Below, piece after piece: positions 57,588 to 64,000 of a stretch of 64,000 nt of DNA. The notes under the pieces are model-generated. The model did not search any database and was not told the DNA's origin. It saw nothing but the letters and a program-made list of their open reading frames with translations. The position numbers and the translations under genes were made by a program. Each line of letters begins with the position of its first letter. Position 1 is the first letter of the stretch. Source of the DNA: an uncultured marine group III euryarchaeote (GTDB lineage Archaea > Thermoplasmatota > Poseidoniia > MGIII > CG-Epi1); NCBI GenBank assembly GCA_902533295.1, contig CACALG010000001.1, positions 19,048 to 83,047 of the forward strand, in the 5' to 3' direction.

Positions 57588-58631
57588 TTAAGGATTCAAA
57601 CCCTTTTCAAGTTCTTCTATTTCCTTACGCAGAGAATCTAAATCCTTATTGTCTTGCGTAGTTGTGGTAGGTGCTTCCGTTGTAGCTAACTGATGCTTAT
57701 ATGGATTGAACCAATTGACAAAATGATTTGCTGCCACTTTCAAAACAGTACTAACTTTGGCCATACCGCCATTGGTTTTAGATATATTGATATCACATGA
57801 CAGCACACCACAGTCAGCATTTGCATTATTAATTTCTGAATATGGGATAGTAACACCTGCACCACCACCGGCAAAAATTAGCCTATCCTGTAAAGCAGCC
57901 ATTGCATTTACAGGAATACCATCAATCTGTGTGTTAAGTTGTGCCTGGACAAGTGCATATACTGTATCCCCGGATTGCATCATACCTATAAGTGGAAAAA
58001 TCTGGGAATCATTATTAGTTACATAAAAACCATCTGGCAACTGTTTGAGCATTTCTCTAAAAAAGGCAAAATCGGCATTGTAAGGTACTCCTGAGATACC
58101 CTGAACCTGATTAGAAACTGGAGGTGTAACTGGAGGTGTAACTGGAGGTGCAGCTGGAGGTGTAGCTGGAGGTGTGCTAATATTAGCATCTTGATTTGTA
58201 GCTAACTGATGCTTATATGGATTGAACCAATTGACAAAATGATTTGCTGCCACTTTCAAAACAGTACTAACTTTGGCCATACCGCCATTAGTTTTAGATA
58301 TATTGATATCACAGGACATTACGCCACAGTCAGCATGTGCATTATTAATTTCTGAATAAGGGATAGTAACACCTGCACCACCACCGGCAAAAATTAGCCT
58401 GTCTTGTAAAGCAGCCATTGTATTTACAGGAATACCATCAATCTGTGTGTTAAGTTGTGCTGGCACTAGTGCATACACTGTGTCTCCAGGCTGCATCATA
58501 CTCATAAGTGGAAAAATCTGAGAATCATTAGTCGTTACATGAAAACCATCTGGCAACTGATTTAGCATTTGTCTAAAAAGAGCCAAATCAGCATTGTAAG
58601 GCACTCCTATTATATTACTCATAAATATCAA
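57588..58631 (-). CDS. Hypothetical protein with two tandem ~137-aa PH-like modules, a PPxxPP linker and a C-terminal coiled-coil tag
   Basis: The two halves differ at 13 of ~137 positions in a manual alignment. The linker is PPATPPAAPPVTPPVTPPV. The protein ends with LRKEIEELEKGLNP. The PH-like call rests on the pattern LQDRLIFAGGG..VTIPYSEINN and is inference. Confidence 0.5.
   Translation of the reverse strand: MIFMSNIIGVPYNADLALFRQMLNQLPDGFHVTTNDSQIFPLMSMMQPGDTVYALVPAQLNTQIDGIPVNTMAALQDRLIFAGGGAGVTIPYSEINNAHADCGVMSCDINISKTNGGMAKVSTVLKVAANHFVNWFNPYKHQLATNQDANISTPPATPPAAPPVTPPVTPPVSNQVQGISGVPYNADFAFFREMLKQLPDGFYVTNNDSQIFPLIGMMQSGDTVYALVQAQLNTQIDGIPVNAMAALQDRLIFAGGGAGVTIPYSEINNANADCGVLSCDINISKTNGGMAKVSTVLKVAANHFVNWFNPYKHQLATTEAPTTTTQDNKDLDSLRKEIEELEKGLNP
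57682..58616 (-). repeat. Intragenic direct repeat, two ~420-bp copies with a 516-bp period
   Basis: The copies lie at about 57682-58100 and 58198-58616. The first ~95 nt of each copy (gtagctaactgatgcttatatgg...ccataccgccatt) are identical. Confidence 0.85.
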
Positions 58632-58657
58632 AAGGTTAGCATATTATTTATTATTTA

Positions 58658-59113
58658 TTATTCATCTAGACTGGCTTCAAGTTCTTCGATTTCTTTCTGC
58701 AAACGCAACTTTTCGGCTGCTTTCACTTCTTCATCTTTTTTCATTAAGTATTCCTTTCTCTTTTGCAAAAGTTCTTCTCGTTCAGCTTGTTCTACTTTTG
58801 CCCTTTCCCGTTCTTGAGCTTCAGCGATAATTCTTGTTTCCTGAAACTGCCTTGCCATTTCCGCATGTGCCTCTAAATTCTCCTTATCCTGTATATTTTT
58901 AGCCCAAGCTACAAAAACCAACATTATTATGAAACTGATACAACAAATAACACTATCTTCCCCAAATTCTTCATCTTGCTTTTCACACTCTGGTGTCCAA
59001 TCAACGTCACAAGAATCATCAGGAGACTCTGAACCAAAAAAGAAAACACATGCGATGAGAAAAAATGTTATAGCAAGAAAATTCAACAGATTCTTCAAAA
59101 TTCCAGAAGCCAA
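58658..59113 (-). CDS. Hypothetical membrane-anchored coiled-coil protein
   Basis: Two hydrophobic segments are followed by a charged helical tail that ends with LQKEIEELEASLDE, the same terminal motif as the neighbouring gene. Confidence 0.45.
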   Translation of the reverse strand: MASGILKNLLNFLAITFFLIACVFFFGSESPDDSCDVDWTPECEKQDEEFGEDSVICCISFIIMLVFVAWAKNIQDKENLEAHAEMARQFQETRIIAEAQERERAKVEQAEREELLQKRKEYLMKKDEEVKAAEKLRLQKEIEELEASLDE

Positions 59114-59161
59114 ATAATCACCCTATAACAACAAGAAAAACACTATTTAAAAAAATTTACC

Positions 59162-60100
59162 TTATTTAGAAAGCTTTTCCATCCTTTCTTCATATATCTT
59201 ATCATTAATCAATCCTTCAGCATGCAATTCTTTAAGTTGATCAATCTTAACTTGCAAAGAACCACTTGAAGCTTCTTTCTCAATATTTGATTTACTTACA
59301 ACACTATCTTTGATAATTGTGTCTCTGTCATCTACATAAGTTGTTGTTGTATCTCTATCATCTATATAATTTCCTTGAACAATTGTTGTAGGTGGTCCTG
59401 CACTCACTTGCATCTTACTCTTATTAACACGACGTATATCCTCTACCCTATCTAATTCTCTATACAAATCAAGTGCATGTTCATAATCTAATTGTCTCTC
59501 ATACTTCCTAGCTAATTCTAACTTCTTCGCTACCTTTCTATCTGCCTCCTCTCGCCTCTTTTTATCCTTTAATTCATTCTTAAGCTCAGCCTTCTTAGCT
59601 CTGAGTTTTTCCAATTCGGGATCAACAGATTTACTTGATGGTTCAACTTTTTCTCTAGGGTTGTTAAACTTTTGACTCGTATTTGGGATTTCATTTTTAA
59701 ATTCCTGATTAGTAGTGTCGTGAACATTTACAGGACACAGACCAAACAGAACTTGGGCATCTGTTTGCGATACAAAAGTAGAGGCTGCCATAAACTGATA
59801 TTTTTCTTGAGCATATCCATTGTCATAACTGAAATTAAAGAATTGCTTACCATTTCCAGTAATCCATTTTGTTCGCATTTTGATTAATTCAAAGGCCATT
59901 TGATTAGTGGCATCTCCACAGACCAAAAGTCTCGTATTAGTCAAAAAAATATTTGCCTTACTGTATATTGTATTTTTACCCAAATATGAATCTGTTGTAG
60001 TAATATTGTAAAATTTTTGAATTGTTACATTGGCTCCATTTCCTCCAGAAGACCAAACAATATGCTCATTAGCCTCAAGCAAAGGATTCGTATTAGGCAT
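59162..60100 (-). CDS. Hypothetical protein: N-terminal PH/GRAM-like module, central coiled coil, C-terminal SHOCT-like motif
   Basis: LLEANEHIVWSS ... IFLTNTRLLVCG fits the bacterial PH-like pattern. The basic/acidic coiled coil is ELEKLRAKKAELKNELKDKKRREEADRK. The C-terminus KIDQLKELHAEGLINDKIYEERMEKL resembles SHOCT. Confidence 0.5.
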   Translation of the reverse strand: MPNTNPLLEANEHIVWSSGGNGANVTIQKFYNITTTDSYLGKNTIYSKANIFLTNTRLLVCGDATNQMAFELIKMRTKWITGNGKQFFNFSYDNGYAQEKYQFMAASTFVSQTDAQVLFGLCPVNVHDTTNQEFKNEIPNTSQKFNNPREKVEPSSKSVDPELEKLRAKKAELKNELKDKKRREEADRKVAKKLELARKYERQLDYEHALDLYRELDRVEDIRRVNKSKMQVSAGPPTTIVQGNYIDDRDTTTTYVDDRDTIIKDSVVSKSNIEKEASSGSLQVKIDQLKELHAEGLINDKIYEERMEKLSK

Positions 60101-60202
60101 ATCTAATTACTATAAGTGGAGTTTTAGAAACTTTCTCCAAAAGATTCATTCTATACACATAAATATAATAAATCCCTCACAGATAGAGCTATGAGGAAAA
60201 AA

Positions 60203-60807
60203 ATGTCATTTGAAGTACCTGATTTACCGTACGACTACAGCGCTCTTGAACCATACATAGATGAAGAAACTATGCGAATACATCATGACAAACATCATGC
60301 TGCATATGTTAACATGTTGAATGGTGCAGTTGAAGCTGCAGGAATAAAGGGAAAATCTGTAAAAGAATTAATCACAGACTTGGATTCTGTACCTGAAGCT
60401 CAAAGAGGAGCTGTTAGAAACCATGGTGGTGGGCACTTTAATCACTCACTATTTTGGGAAGTCATGGGTCCAGTTAATGGTGAAATGAGTTCCGATCTGA
60501 ACACAGCACTTTTGGAAGCATTTGGATCATTAGATGATTTTAAAGCTAAATTTCAGAACGCAGGAATGACACGCTTTGGCTCTGGATGGGCCTGGTTATG
60601 TTCAAATAATGGAAAATTGGAAATATGTTCTACTGCAAATCAAGATAATCCAATTATGGGTAACAAATACGGTGGAACTGATGGAGAGATACCAATCCTA
60701 GGAATTGATGTTTGGGAACATGCATATTATCTGAATTATCAAAATTTGAGGGCAGATTACATTTCAGCTTTCTTCAATGTTATTAATTGGGCTGAAGTCT
60801 CAAGGCG

Positions 60808-60826
<19 letters not shown>
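60203..60826 (+). CDS. sod: Fe/Mn superoxide dismutase
   Basis: [25 protein letters not shown] and DVWEHAYYL motifs. The start is taken at ATG 60203 ([10 protein letters not shown]). Confidence 0.92.
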
Positions 60827-63086
<2,260 letters not shown>

Positions 63087-63105
63087 CTATAAAGATATCT
63101 TACGA

Positions 63106-64000
63106 TTATATAGCTAAAGAACCCATAGGATCCCAAGGAGGAAGACCTATTGGTTCAGTATTGTATAAATCTACTAATTTTTTTGTAAGATGCTTTTTGT
63201 GAACCACTACTTCATACATGAATTGATCAAACCACGGATCTGTCATAATGTCATATCCTTTTTCACCATGATCTGCCCCCCAACTATTCTCTACTCTCCA
63301 CTTGACAGGACTATTATTTTTCAAATCAACGCCTGTGAACAACATTGCATGCGTCATAACACTGTCACCATAATCTAGCCTTTCAGCCTTATCCATTCCA
63401 AAAGTAGTACCAAAGAACTTATCAAACTCAAATAAATTAGTATCCATTACTCCAAACTCACGTGTAAAGAATTTACCTACATCACACCCAAACCATACTG
63501 GATCATCGGCCTTAATCGACTTTATGGTATATTTTTTCAATTCTTCATTTTCCAAATTAAGATATCTAATTATATTTCCACCATAAACATTTCCTAAATA
63601 TTCTACAGTATATGTTTTGTTATATTCAGTGAATTGCCTTGGATCATTAATTAAACAGACGAAATCATTTAAATCAATATCAACATGTTTTTTGAAAAAC
63701 GTTTGAGGAGTCAAATCTGTAAATCTCCTGAATTTATCCTTCTTGTCCCGTATGGACCAATCAAATTTCTCAGGAGGAGTTCCCAAACTAATACACAACA
63801 TTTGATATACTATTGAAAGCATCTCATCCTTCATTTTGGATACCTCAGCCTTGGATTTTCCTTTATTCACGGCAGCTCTGAGTTCTTTAGCGCTCTCACG
63901 TAATTTTCTAGTTATTAGCTTGTTCATTTGAGCTGAATGACTGCTATGAAAACTTTCAGCCATCAATTTTTTGGGAACTGTGCCATATTTCATCAATAAA
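63106..64000 (-). CDS. pepC: Aminopeptidase C / bleomycin hydrolase (peptidase C1B), N-terminus beyond the window
   Basis: HAMLFTGVD, WRVENSWGADHGEKGY and the C-terminal PPWDPMGSLA pattern. The frame stays open to nt 64000; the listed start at 63996 is an internal TTG. Confidence 0.8.
   Translation of the reverse strand, partial: LLMKYGTVPKKLMAESFHSSHSAQMNKLITRKLRESAKELRAAVNKGKSKAEVSKMKDEMLSIVYQMLCISLGTPPEKFDWSIRDKKDKFRRFTDLTPQTFFKKHVDIDLNDFVCLINDPRQFTEYNKTYTVEYLGNVYGGNIIRYLNLENEELKKYTIKSIKADDPVWFGCDVGKFFTREFGVMDTNLFEFDKFFGTTFGMDKAERLDYGDSVMTHAMLFTGVDLKNNSPVKWRVENSWGADHGEKGYDIMTDPWFDQFMYEVVVHKKHLTKKLVDLYNTEPIGLPPWDPMGSLAI

Noticed and set aside
57682-58616. Long direct repeats, together with the 51-bp repeats at 11140-11320, considered as CRISPR-like or satellite arrays
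   Set aside because: Both repeat sets are in frame inside long ORFs and have no unique spacers or repeat-spacer periodicity, and no cas genes are present. They are coding duplications.

Overview
Low-GC archaeal chromosomal segment. The archaeal assignment rests on an archaeal-type 16S rRNA, aRF1, ribosomal protein L15e, SRP54, type II GAPDH, GINS, the EndA splicing endonuclease and an intron-containing tRNA-Trp. A marine planktonic Thermoplasmatota (Marine Group II / Poseidoniales-like) source is an inference from gene content, a 16S gene with no adjacent 23S/5S, and several very large surface proteins; it needs a 16S database search. Most of the window is housekeeping: nfo, nadK, aspS, prf1, alaX, srp54, rpe, nnr, purD, pyrE, rpl15e, purB, panE, gap, a sufS-like gene, sod and gdhA. 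RNA genes are one 16S rRNA flanked by a bulge-helix-bulge processing stem, tRNA-Val(GAC), and tRNA-Trp(CCA) with a 96-nt intron carrying a box C/D guide RNA. Accessory content worth a second look: (1) a two-gene McrBC-like module whose McrB-type GTPase is fused to an N-terminal zinc ribbon and about ten transmembrane segments, followed by a McrC/DUF524-like PD-(D/E)xK nuclease with a long acidic tail; (2) giant signal-peptide, C-terminally anchored surface proteins, one of which ends in a cytoplasmic roadblock/LC7-like domain that recurs at the window edge; (3) a MacB/FtsX-type ABC operon with three or four frameshifts at poly-A runs, pentapeptide repeats in the permease's extracytoplasmic domain, and a zinc-ribbon tail on one ATPase; (4) a three-gene cluster of PH-like, coiled-coil and SHOCT proteins with a recent 516-bp intragenic duplication. 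No CRISPR array, transposase, integrase or prophage signal was seen. All homology calls come from motif recognition by eye; no searches were run.
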